A stretch of DNA of 64,000 nucleotides, taken from assembly GCF_009834535.1 (NCBI RefSeq), contig NC_045697.1:63986001-64050000 (forward strand), read 5' to 3'. A program made the translations under genes and the position numbers. Positions within the stretch are counted from its first letter, which is position 1. Each line of letters starts with the position of its first letter. Below, one piece after another: positions 13,514 through 24,580 of the stretch. The notes under the pieces were generated by a model that had not been told where the DNA came from, did no database searches, and saw only the letters and a list, made by a program, of their open reading frames with translations. The DNA is from Camelus ferus (lineage: Eukaryota).

Positions 13514-15629
13514 TGTCTACCTTCTACCTATATCATGGACATAGCCTAAACTGTAACTGTCAGTGACAATTTGAAAGAATTTCCTCTAATCTTCTTTCAG
13601 TATTTGTGCTTTTAAGTAAAACATTTGTTAGTATTTACTTACATGGAAATACTGTTCATATACTGAGAAAGCTGGTAAGTCCGTAAAAATCAAAAATTTT
13701 AAATATTCACTTTAGTGAGCAAAATGTGATAAACTGTCTTGACGATATTATAGTTAAACTGCCATGTAGTGAGGTGTTCAGTAAATTTTCACAGCGGGGA
13801 TAAGGTCTGAGCAACATTTTGAAATAACTGTCTAATACATTCAAGGTAATATGAATATAATTGAAACAGTGTAGAAGAGGAAGAGTTAGATCATGAAAGA
13901 TCTCACATGTCATACCACTGAGCTGGACTTTATCCTTTAGTTGATAGAGAATTATAAAATAAATAAATGAATAAGCTAGTTAGTGCTGTGAGAGGAATTA
14001 TAGTTAGAAAAGCTACTTTTGGACAGTTTCAAGGATAACAAACTGGGACCAGCTAAGGAGAGGTCAGAGTAAGATGAAAAATATAGTATGTCATTCACTT
14101 AAAAAGAAGTAAGAACTGAGGAGAGATGGGAGGGATTTAAATTTACTAGCAGTTGTTGAGTGACTTCCGTAACTTTCTACTTTACTTTTTAATAAGTTGT
14201 AATAGAGGTTACTGTCATAATGAAATAAATTATTAAAATTTAATTGATTTTAGTAAAGGTTTTGAAGTTCACTGAATTAATTATATTTTGGTTATATAAC
14301 AGATTCAATCGTATTATAACTTATTTATGATATATAAAGCAATATGATGTCAGGAAAATGCTGAAATAATTGTCTGTGTCTTTTTCTGTCCATTTTTTCA
14401 GTTTTGTGCATCCTTCTTTCAGTTATCATTTAGTTACCAACCTTGTTACTTTGTGTTATGAGCAGAAATATTTAGAAATATATTCTCCCAAAACATATTG
14501 TCTAACAACGTGTCAGGACTATGTCCACTGAATGAAAATTTAAATGTTAAAGTAAAATACTAAGTTTATCAGTATTGGTCTACCCTAATTCTCTCTCTCC
14601 TTTTTATACAAATTGGTAAAAATAATTAAAAATTACTGTGAATTCTAATGAAGGTGAGAATTTTTTTCTTCTTTAAAGTAAAATCTTCTTTAAGGTAAAA
14701 TCAATACAAAATACTTTGTGCTTATTTATGACAAAGTTTTTAATAAATAATAAGAATTTAAATTCTAGAACAGCTTAGCATAGTTGATAGTAAATGAGTA
14801 GATTTGTATAACAATCTTAAAAACAGTGCATTAAGTTATATCATATGCTACCTAGATAGTGGGAGAGTCTTTCAAGTCACTCTGATCTCCCACTATTACA
14901 CAAAAATAAGTAAATAAAAATAGCAGAGTTCCTGAGATGCCTCAAATGTAATTGCAGCAGATGATAATTATTTCCTTTAAAAACAACCCTAAATGAAATG
15001 GTTGAGACTGTTTCTTCATGGCTCAGATCTGGGAATACAGGAAGACATAAAATGAAAGTAAACACAGAATCCCTAAACTGTTATGAAAATGTGGGGCTCT
15101 GCTTGGTCACTGGAGGCAAGGGCTGGCTTTACTGGGCTGGCGTCACCTGTCTGGCAGATTAGGATGCATGCAGTTTTAAACAAACACATCTTGTACTTTA
15201 AGAATCTTGTGGCATAAAATGCTGTATTTTAACTATTATCCAATATGTTTTCCAATATGCTTTTTAAACTGCTATACACTAAAATTATGGTTTAATTACA
15301 TTTTTCCTTGAAATGATTTGTTTTCCTGATATACTATGATTTACTATATTTGTTGGTCTCATATAAACACTCCCTACAACAAACATATGAACATGGGGGT
15401 TATTGTGTACATAAACATTTGTAAATGTATATATTCAATTCACATATATTCCAAAGTAAGTTACATAAAAAATTCACTAGGAATATGTATTTTTAGTTAT
15501 GAAGGTAGAGAAGAGGAAACTGCATAGATTTATCTATGTCTCTGCATCTTAAGGATCTTTACTGCTGCTATCATTTCTATACTTCGAATCAAACTTCATC
15601 TCTCCATAGACGATCTTAGTGACAGCAAT

Positions 15630-15850
15630 ATATTAATTAAAAATTACAAGCTCTAAAGTTCAACTATTAGTTTCAAATCTTAGATTCCTTTACTCATTAT
15701 TTGTCCTTGGCCAATTTTCTTAACCTCTTTGAGACCTTGGGTTCCTCCTATGAGTTATAGTTAAAATAAAACTTTTTGCCTCTGGAGTGCTTTTGAGAAT
15801 TAAATGAAATAAAAGTTTTTAGAACAGTGCCTTAATAACGTGCTAAGTCT
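15630..15850 (+). mobile_element. MIR SINE
   Basis: ccttggccaattttcttaacctctttgagaccttgggttcctcc...ttgagaattaaatgaaataaaagtttttagaacagtgcct. Confidence 0.7.
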
Positions 15851-17474
15851 GTATGCCAGTAATAAGAAGCTTTAGTGGACTCCTAAAATTATTGGGTTTG
15901 TATTTTTTAAAATCCTGATAGAGCTAAGATGCCACACATTTCTTTTTAGGGAGGAAAAATAAATATGGAGTACTGACAAAGATTGAAAAGAGACAAATGA
16001 AGTTTAATAAAACAGACATACCTATGTTGTCAGCATAAATTGTTACCACTGTAATGTTTAGCACTTCATATAAAAGAGCTAAATGTGATTTTTTGATTAT
16101 GAAGTAATAACCACCTATGGTTTTACAGCAGGTTTTGAAGACTGCTGTAATGGATGAATTTTTTCTAAGGAAGATCCCATGTTCAATAATTGACACAAAC
16201 CTTTAAAAGAGTTTAAAGCTAGAGATAAATAACATACATAATTTAACGTATTAAAATTGAAATCAGTATCAGATAAGTTTTCCTCAGTTTGCCTTTGTTT
16301 AAAAAAAACCATGTTTATAGGTTCCATTATTAGCCTTTAAAAAGTTCTTAATGAAAGGACCAGAAAGATTAAATTAACTGACAGTTAATATTTTATAACT
16401 TATCGGCTGTAGAAAATTACATGACTTTTTCTTTAATGTCTAGAAGGGTCTTTCTTCCACAGCTGCCCCCCACACACACACACCCTAATATATCAAAGAG
16501 TATCTAGCATTATGGTTTACAGTGTGGATTACTGCAATTAACTATGCATCTCCAAGCCACATATAATATGCAAAACCATTGGGAACAGATGATACATTAA
16601 GAAGTGCAGCTCCGCCATGCATCTGGTCCTTGATACTGAGAAATACAGCAGTTGAGATGGAATTTGCAAATGGAAAATCGACCCAAAGTCAGAGTTGGAA
16701 AAGCAAAATGACATTCTTTGTTGGTTTCAAAATGAGAAATCCACTTCTACTGCATGGTAAAGTTAAAATAAAAGTTATAGGAAATCAGTAAAAAGAAAAT
16801 TTAGACATTTCACCTCCTCGCTTCTTTAGCTGGAAAATAATTCAGTGATTTTTGCAACTACAGAGAAAAGCGAGAATTACTTACACTGTATATTATCCCA
16901 CTGGGATAACTACTTTTATTTCCAAAGATTTTTCCCCTTATATCTACTCTAATGAGAGAATATGGTATATAAGTGATAGACCATTACTCTAGAAGTTATC
17001 CATGGTCTTTGTTCCATTTATGTTTTTATTACTGATTGGGTGACCTTGAGAAAGTATGTTTTTCTATACTTCTCTTGATTTTAAATAAGTAGAATAGTAA
17101 TTATAATTATGTCCTCCATTTTTTATGGAGGGATAAAAAGATTATTACCTGATTACTACATTTATTTAGGTAAGTAAATTTTATAGTCACACTTCTCTCT
17201 TTATCTGTCTTTCGTGGGCACCTCAGGTACAGAGGGGTCACCTAATGACATTCCTCAGTTTGTAGCACCTGTCCTTGTACCTCATCCTTTTTCTTATATA
17301 TTTTTCCTACTACCCCCTTCTCCTTTTATGCACTTTTCTAAGTGAGTTTGATAAATGCACTGTGATGGCAATGTTTGATGTAAAATATTTGTTGCATTGC
17401 ATATGCTTAATTTACATAAGTATAAATCAACTTTTTTACTTAATCCTATGTTTAAAGGACTATGGAGTCTAATT

Positions 17475-18172
17475 CAGTGCTTCTAAATACTGCATAGAAT
17501 TCCATTGCAAATATCCACTACAATTTACTCATTTATTATGCCAACTGTCTTAGATTATCTCCCATTCCCTGTAACTGCAAACACTGCTAAGATAAAGCAT
17601 CCTGCCTTTTATACACATCTTCCACAGCTTACAGTGCAGTTACATCCCAGTAAATCCACATAAGTTAAAATATCGTAAAGTCAAAAATGCCTTTAATACA
17701 CCTAGTCTAAAAAGCATCACAGCTTAGCCTAGACTACCTTAAATGTTCTCAGGAACTTTACATTAGCCTACAGTTGAGCAAAATCATCTAACACAAAACC
17801 TATTTTATAAATAAGTATGGAACATCTCATGTAATTGAATACTGTACTGAAGGTGAAAAACAGTGGTTGTATGGGTACAGAAAGGTTGTTAAGTGTATCC
17901 GTTGTTTACTCTCGTGATCATGATTGTGTGGCTGACTGGGAGCTGCAGCTTGCCGCCTCTGCCCAGCATCAGGAGGGTATTCTCTCGCATAATTATGCGA
18001 GCCTGGGAAAAAAGTCAAAATTCAGTATGTTTTCTGCTGAACTTGTATCACTTTTGCATCATCATTAAGTCAAAAATCGTAACTTGAGGACTTCTGTACC
18101 ATTCTGTATTTGTGTAGAATTTTTTCTAAGGCTTAAAACCATGATTGGAATGGCTAGGTCAAAGGATGTGCT
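17475..18172 (-). mobile_element. Old L1 (L1ME-like) remnant split by the Tigger5/MER47 insertion
   Basis: ctgcatagaattccattg...caatttact on the left and ttggaatggctaggtcaaagg on the right are collinear antisense L1 ORF2-end motifs. Confidence 0.55.
17614..18096 (+). mobile_element. Tigger5/MER47-family non-autonomous DNA transposon (Tigger5b-like)
   Basis: agcttagcctagactaccttaaatgttctcag...cattagcctacagttgagcaaaatcatctaacacaaa matches MER47. Flanked by TA at 17612-13 and 18097-98. Confidence 0.85.
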
Positions 18173-18184
18173 TAATTTTTGACA

Positions 18185-18334
18185 GGGAAAGTATACCTCA
18201 AGTGGTAGAGCACATGCTTAGCATGCATGAAGTCCTGGATTAAATCCCCAGCACCTCCTCCTAAAATAAAATAAATAAACCTAATTACCGCCCCCCCCCC
18301 CAAAAAAAAAGTAAAAATTAAAAGTTTTTTAAAA
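18185..18334 (+). mobile_element. vic-1-type camelid tRNA-Ala-derived SINE with 12-bp TSD
   Basis: gggaaagtatacctcaagtggtagagcacatgcttagcatgcatgaagtcctggattaaatccccagcacctcc (A/B box tRNA head), then aataaataaacctaattacc(C)n and an A-rich tail. TSD gtgcttaatttt at 18168-18179 and 18335-18346. Confidence 0.9.
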
Positions 18335-18514
18335 GTGCTTAATTTTAATCCTACTTAATTTATATAATTAATTTAAATGAATGTTTCCAGTTTTCATCCA
18401 AGGCATACATGTCTGTATCCATGAATTTTGAGAATTTGTATTTGTTGTTGTAGTTTGATTCTAAGCAATACATGTAGTACTTATTTGTTTTTTAATCTTG
18501 AGATGCATGGAATT

Positions 18515-20170
18515 TTTTTTGATTAATAAACTTTATTTTTTAGAATAGCTTTAGATTCACAGCACAACAGAGTGCGAAGTGCAGACTTCTTGTTCCCACA
18601 CACAGGCACAGGCTTTCCTGTGTACATTATTGACATTGTACTTGAGAGTGGTACATTTATTACAATCGTGAACCTACATTGATAACATCATTATTATTCA
18701 AAGTTCATGATTTACATTAGAGTTCACTCCTGGTGTACATTCTGTTAGTTTTGAAAAAATTAAAACAATGTGTATCCATCATTTTTGTAACATACTGTAT
18801 AGTTTCACTGCATTAAAAATCCACTGTGCTCTGCCTATTCATTCCTCCCTGCTCCCTACCTGCTGGCAACCACTGATCTTTTTATTGTCTATATAGTTTT
18901 TCTTTTCCTAAGTGTCATCTACATGAAATCATACAGTGTGTAGCCCTTTCAGATTGACTTGTTAATATGCATTTAAGTTTCCACCATGTGTTTTCAGGGC
19001 TTGGTAACTCATTTCTTTTTAGCACTGAGTAACATTCCACTGTCTTGATTACTACACTTTATCCACTTACCTACTGAAAGACATCTTGGTTTCTTCCAAG
19101 TTTTGGCAGTTATGAATAAAGCTTCTAAAAGCCTCCATGTGCAGGTTTTTGTATAGACATAAGTTTTTACTTCATTTGGTTAAATACCAAGGAGGGTGAA
19201 TTGCTGGATGGTATTGTTGCAGGAGAGGAAAATGTCACATCCTGGAACCTGCAAGAGTCCTTAGGACTGACCGCCAAGTTAAAACCCTTGGCTTAACGCA
19301 GGAAAGAATTCAAGAGTGAGCCAAAGAAAAGCAAAAACAAGTTTATTTACAGGGATACACACTACATTAGCAGAATGGTGACCATCTCAGAAAGTGAGGG
19401 CCACCCCAAGACACAGAGTCATTGGTTTTTATGAGCTAGTTTCATATGCTAATGAGTGGGCGGAATATTCTTGCTATTTTGGGGAAGAGTGGGGGTTTCC
19501 TCAGAACTGGGCCACTGCCCACTTTATGGCCTTTTATGGTCTGTCTCAGAACTGCTGTGGCATCAGAGGGAGTGATTTTTAGTACAATTAAGGTATAACG
19601 AGCTAAATGTCAGTGACAGGACTATTTCAGAGCCTCGTTGGTTTTAGCTGGTTCCTGGTGAGTTTTATCGCGTCCTAGTAGCTTCGCCCCTTCTTCATTT
19701 ACCTAGCAGCTGTCCTGCCCCTTTCCCTTCTGTCTCAGTGTGGTAAGGGTATGTTTAGTTTTGCAAGGAACTTCCAAAACATTTTCCAAAGTGGTTGTAC
19801 CATTTGTGTCCCCACCAGCAATGAATGAGAATTTCTTGCTGCTTGATATCCTCACCAATGTTTGTTGTATCAACGTTCCATATTTTGGCCATTCTAATAG
19901 ACTTGGCCATTCTAATAGATTCATTGTTACTTTAATTTGCATTTCCCTAATGACATATGTTGTTGAACGTATTATTATATACCTACTTGCCATCTACTTT
20001 AGTGAGATATCCACTCACGTCTTTTGCCCATTTTTTATTTGGGTTATTCATTTTCTTATTGTTGAGTTTTAAGAGTTCTTTTTATATTTTGGATAAATTT
20101 TTATCAGATGTGTCTTTTGCAGATATTTTCTCCTGGTCTGTGGCTTGTCTTCTCATTCTCTTGATGTGGA
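18515..20170 (-). mobile_element. L1MC-like (L1MC1/2) 3' end plus ORF2 end, interrupted by an ERV1 LTR
   Basis: aaactttatttttagaatagctttagattcacagca...gagtggtacatttattacaatcgtgaacctacattga are L1MC 3' UTR motifs. ORF 19703..19993(-) contains IREMQIK. Confidence 0.9.
19215..19737 (-). mobile_element. ERV1 solo LTR, MER41-like (artiodactyl/camelid type)
   Basis: TG...CA termini and a 4-bp TSD gtat/gtgt inside the L1. Motifs ggaaagaattcaagagtgagcca and caagtttatt resemble MER41. On the minus strand: GC box, octamer-like, TATA-like and AATAAA in LTR order. Confidence 0.85.
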
Positions 20171-20394
20171 GTTTTTTTCCTACTTTTTTTTATTATGACC
20201 AAAGACCTATTTTTTTTTTCCTACTTTTATTTATTATGACCAAAGACCATAGTAAAAAATACGTGGTTATTTTGAAATTGGTTTCTCTATCTTTTTTAGC
20301 TTTGTGCATGGTCAAATTTTGTGAATGTTTCGTGAATGTTGCTAAATGTTTATTATTTTGAATAGGGCATGTGAAGTTCCATATAATGTACCAT

Positions 20395-20620
20395 TTAATA
20401 GCATAGGCTCTGGAATTCAGAGTAACTGATTGAAACCGTTTTGCCACTACTTTCTGAACAATTTTGGGCATATTAAAAATTCTGTGATTAGTTTTCTCAA
20501 ATGAAAAATTGAGATAACAGTAAGATATCCCGTAGACTTGGACTGAAGATTAAATGAATTAATTTAGGTAAATACACAGTACCTCATAGTGTGTTAAATA
20601 CTCGCATGATTATTATTTAT
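20395..20620 (+). mobile_element. MIR SINE
   Basis: agcataggctctggaattcaga...ttgggcatatt...agttttctcaaatgaaaaattgagataacagta...tgaagattaaatga. Confidence 0.8.
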
Positions 20621-21687
20621 TATTTTGGAATAATTGTGAAGTTCATTGCATGTCTATATCTTTATTTTTTCTGCTTGATCTATCAGTTTTGGATAAGAAT
20701 ATTTTAAGTGCTTTTAATGTTTCATAGTCTAGTTACCTTATTTATATGAATATAATATGAAACTATATTATTGAGTATGTCTCATGCTGAAAATATTATA
20801 TTGATCCATTTTTCTTTTACCAGTATACAGTACCACTTTGTTATAATACTTTGTTAGGTTTTTTCTTGTTTGTTTTGTTTTTCATTGAATACCAAATTGT
20901 TTATTTAAATTTACATCTTAGATTTCTTTTGGCCCATGGTCTTATTCCTTTATTCTAAAATTTCAGCCTTTTTCTGATTTAACTGTTTCTCATAGTCCTG
21001 ACATATTGCTCATTCTTATTTATTTGTTTGGGGAATCTCTGATTATATTTGGTTTAACCATTTACATTTATTGTGTCACTGATATATTTCTTCCATTTTG
21101 TTTTCTATTTATTTTTATTTCTTGACTTCCTTTGGATTTTTTACACTTACTTCAGCTAATTTGAAAAATTATTTAATCTGTTTACATTCCTTTAAAAAGT
21201 ACCTCTATTAAGACTGGTATTTATTTTTATCTTTTTATTTATTTCTTATGCTTATCAATATGTGTAACTTCTCTTGGATAAAAATTATATTATTGGGTAC
21301 TCTCCCTTTCCTCTTTTCCTTTTTTTTTTTTTATATCCAGACTTCTGCTGCTGCCATTGTGTTAATTTTTGTCTAGAATTCTGTATTTTAAAATCACTTC
21401 TGTTTTACACAAAAAGCAAACTTTACTAAATTATCTATTAATATCTAACTTATGTATATTTCTATATTTTAAAATCTCACTTTACAGTACAAATAATACT
21501 TCTGCTACATATAAAATTTTAGGCTTAAATTGCTTTCCTCATATAATTATCATTTCTTGCAGCCGGTATTACTATTAAGGAATCTGCTATCAATTTATAA
21601 CTTGTTCTTTATAGATGATCTTTTTATTTCTAGGAGGTTTATAGTTATTTTTATCTTCTATTATATATGTATATGTAGCATGTGTAT

Positions 21688-21690
<3 letters not shown>

Positions 21691-21724
<34 letters not shown>
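21691..21724. repeat. (TG)17 microsatellite
   Basis: Perfect dinucleotide run. Confidence 0.95.
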
Positions 21725-21725
<1 letters not shown>

Positions 21726-21824
21726 CCTTATCTGCCCTTTTCATATTTTATGGACATTTAACTGGGTCTTTCTTCTTTCTTAAATCCTGGAAAATTCTCT
21801 ACCAATTTTCCTCATGCTTCTCTA

Positions 21825-21831
21825 CTATCTA

Positions 21832-21863
<32 letters not shown>

Positions 21864-21887
21864 TCTATCTATTTATTTATTTATTTA
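21825..21887. repeat. Compound (TCTG)(TCTA)(TTTA) tetranucleotide microsatellite
   Basis: ctatctatctgtctgtctgtctatctatc...atttatttattta. Confidence 0.9.
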
Positions 21888-22144
21888 AAATAATTCCTCC
21901 TTAGGCTCCTTTGATACAAAATTTGACATTTTAACCTTTATTTCCATGTTTCTTAACTTTTACTTTCTATTGTCAAACTTTCCATTCCTTCATTTCTCCT
22001 GGAGAGAATTAAGCTTCTTATTAAAAAAAAAAAGTCTTTATAATATTTACTGTAGAGCATGCTCATTTCATACTAAATTAAGTGAAACTTTAAAACATTA
22101 AATGAAATTAAATCAAGCGTTCTTTTTGTATGTGATAATATCAA

Positions 22145-22270
22145 CAATAATAATAATACTTGTTGAGTATTTTCTGTGTGCCAGGTGTTTTAACTCATTT
22201 GATGACACTATAGTCCTATGAAGTAACTAACATTGCTAGCTCCTCTTAGAAGTAATGAAGCTGAATCACA
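22145..22270 (-). mobile_element. MIR fragment
   Basis: aataatacttgttgagtattttctgtgtgccaggtg...ctcatttgat...cctatgaagta. Confidence 0.65.
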
Positions 22271-22274
22271 AAAA

Positions 22275-22558
22275 GACCTCTTCTACCTAAAGCAGGTCTC
22301 TCACTTGCCATTTATTTCTCTTTAAGAGACTCTAAGTTGTTTCCTTCATAAACCTAATGTTTCATCATTATTATTGTTATCATTACTATTAAATAATTTT
22401 CCTATTTTTCTTTTTCTCTCTTATTTTGTTGGTTTCTGTCAGTATAATGTAGTAAAATGAGTATAGAACACTGGTCTTGTTCTTAACTGAAATATCAAGT
22501 GCAATAAATTGTGCCTAATTTATAGTAGGTTACTAAATATTTGAGAAATCAATGAATT
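22275..22558 (+). mobile_element. L2 3' end
   Basis: tggtcttgttcttaactgaaatatcaagtgc...gtgcctaatttatagtaggttactaaatatttgagaaatcaatgaat is an L2 terminus. Confidence 0.7.
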
Positions 22559-23129
22559 AACTGAAAATAGTCTTAACTTGTATTTGAATTACAGATAGCC
22601 ATTGATGGTCATGCTTTTAACATCATAACAAGCCATAATTATGGTATGGATTTTTCAATTAGGAGTTAATGCATAACTTGCAATATTTTGAATCAGTAAG
22701 TCATTGAATTCCAAAGCAAATTTTGCCTTTAAGCCATTTTGTGTGGGAAATCTGTATAAGATTGCATATTCTAAATGATATATATGCTATAGACAGGGAA
22801 ATTCTAGAAATTATTAGAAATGAATTCATTATATATACATGTATATATATTTAAAATGTGAGAAATATTAGTGAAGAAAATATTATTAATTTTAATGTAT
22901 TAGAAGCATAGTAAAGCACTGGCCTCTAGTTATGTGTTCCCATCTGTCCTTTGGAAAATTACCTACTGTGAATTAAAAAAAGTTAAAAAGAGGAGTATCT
23001 AAACTTTCACTTAGGAGGCTAGAGTTCATAGGCTCCAGGGTACAAAAGAATTTTATTAAAACATTAGAATCTAATAAAGACAAAGATAATGAGAAAGTTT
23101 TCTTCAAATAGCTTATTTAAGTGATCTTA

Positions 23130-23995
23130 GATCAAGAAAAGTTACAAATAGATTAATCCAATTTTTGAACTTTAGTACAGCTGGGTCAACTTTGAATAAA
23201 CATTTCACAAAAGTAGACATAACAATTGCTAATAAATACATGCAAAGACTCTAAACATCATTAGTCACCAAGGAAGCACAAATTAAAACTACAAAGAGAT
23301 TCCTCTGAAATGGCTATATTTGAACAACAGACAATACCAAGTGTTGCTAAAAATGTGGAGAAACTGGAACCCTTATACATTGCTGGTGGGAAGGTAAAAT
23401 AGCTCAACAGTTATGGAAAACATTTTGACAAGGTCTTAAAAAGTTAAATATAACCTATCATACACAGCAGTTTCATTCTTATCAATCTACTCTACAGAGA
23501 TGAAAATACATGTTTGCCCAAATACTTGTTCATGAATGTTCATGGCAACATTTCTCATAATAGCAAGAGCCAGAAACAATCCATATGTCATTCAACTGAT
23601 AAACAGATAAATAAAATTTGCTGTATTCATACAGTGGAATACTATTCAGAATAAACTACCAATACATGCTGTAATAGGAGTGTACGTCAAACACGTTATA
23701 TTAAGTGAAAAGAGCCAGGTGCAAAAGACTATTTATTGTTTGATTCTGTTTACATAAAATGTTCTTAAGAGGAAATTTAGAGATGAAAAGTGAATCAGTA
23801 GTTTTCTGGGACTAGGAGTATTTCTGGGGATTGACTGCAAGCACGTATAAGGATACTTTTTGGAGGGATGAAAAAATTTAAAACTTAGTGGTGATGTTGC
23901 AATAAATACCTAAATTTACTTGAATATCTGAATTTATTTGAATTGTACACTTACAAACAGTGAATTTTATGACATCAATTTCAGCTGTTAAAAAT
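23130..23995 (+). mobile_element. L1MB/ME-like ORF2 end and 3' UTR
   Basis: gacaataccaagtgttg...atgtggagaaactggaacccttatacattgctggtggga...gaattgtacactta...gtgaattttatg. Confidence 0.9.
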
Positions 23996-24134
23996 AGTTA
24001 CTGATAAAAGGACAAAGTGGAATTCCTGTCTGTTGGGAGTCTGTCATAATCTTAATAAAAAATTAAGTGAAATTATGTAAGACATTCTTCTAGGAATTTA
24101 ATAATTAAAATATCAAAGCAACAAAAATAAACAT

Positions 24135-24580
24135 TGATTGAGTGCTTTCCAGATGCCAGATTATTAACTCATTAAATCTCACCCCTAGTCCTAAGAAGTA
24201 CCTACCATGAAAATCGTCCTTTTAGTGGGTGGGAAGGGATAGATTGGGAATTTGAAAAATTGCACCTCTTGGGGAGTGATAGAAATGCTAGCTGTCCTGA
24301 TTGCGGTAGTAGTTTCACTGGTGTATACATCTATCAAAATTCATCAAATTGTATATTTGAAATGTGTGTAGTTTACTGTATAGGAACTATACCACAATAA
24401 AGGTGTCAAAAAGAGAAAAAAAGTGAAAAAAAAAAAGAAGAAAATTTAAATCCCCTTTTTAGTGATAATGAAACCATAAACCAAAAAGATTAAGCTACTT
24501 AGTAATCACACAGCCGTTAGTTAGAGCAGGACATTGATGCAGGCAGTCCAGCTTGAGAGAGCCTACTCTTAACCAAATTT
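24135..24580 (-). mobile_element. MIR split by a retrotransposed insert
   Basis: Left half cattgattgagtgc...ctcattaaatctcac. Right half taagctacttagtaatcacacagc...gcaggcagtccagcttgagagagcctactcttaacca. Confidence 0.7.
24228..24447 (+). mobile_element. Poly(A)-tailed, TSD-flanked chimeric L1 3' tail
   Basis: AATAAA at 24396-24401 and an A-rich tail. TSD aaatcgtccttttagtg (24211-24227) / aaatcccctttttagtg (24448-24464), 14/17 identical. Confidence 0.8.

Larger units (their letters stand above)
20280..21990 (-). mobile_element. Very old L1 ORF2-start/ORF1 remnants (L1M/ME), split by a MIR
   Basis: catggtcaaattttgtgaatgttt and ttttctgcttgatctatcagttttggataagaatattttaag resemble the antisense L1 endonuclease region. 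T-rich degenerate continuation. Confidence 0.5.

Noticed and set aside
16893..16909. Palindrome ttatccca-c-tgggataa
   Set aside because: 8-bp arms are plausible by chance in 64 kb, and the spacing does not match the EBF consensus.
18185..18258. tRNA-Ala gene
   Set aside because: Degenerate stems and B box, followed by a SINE tail and flanked by a TSD. It is a SINE head.
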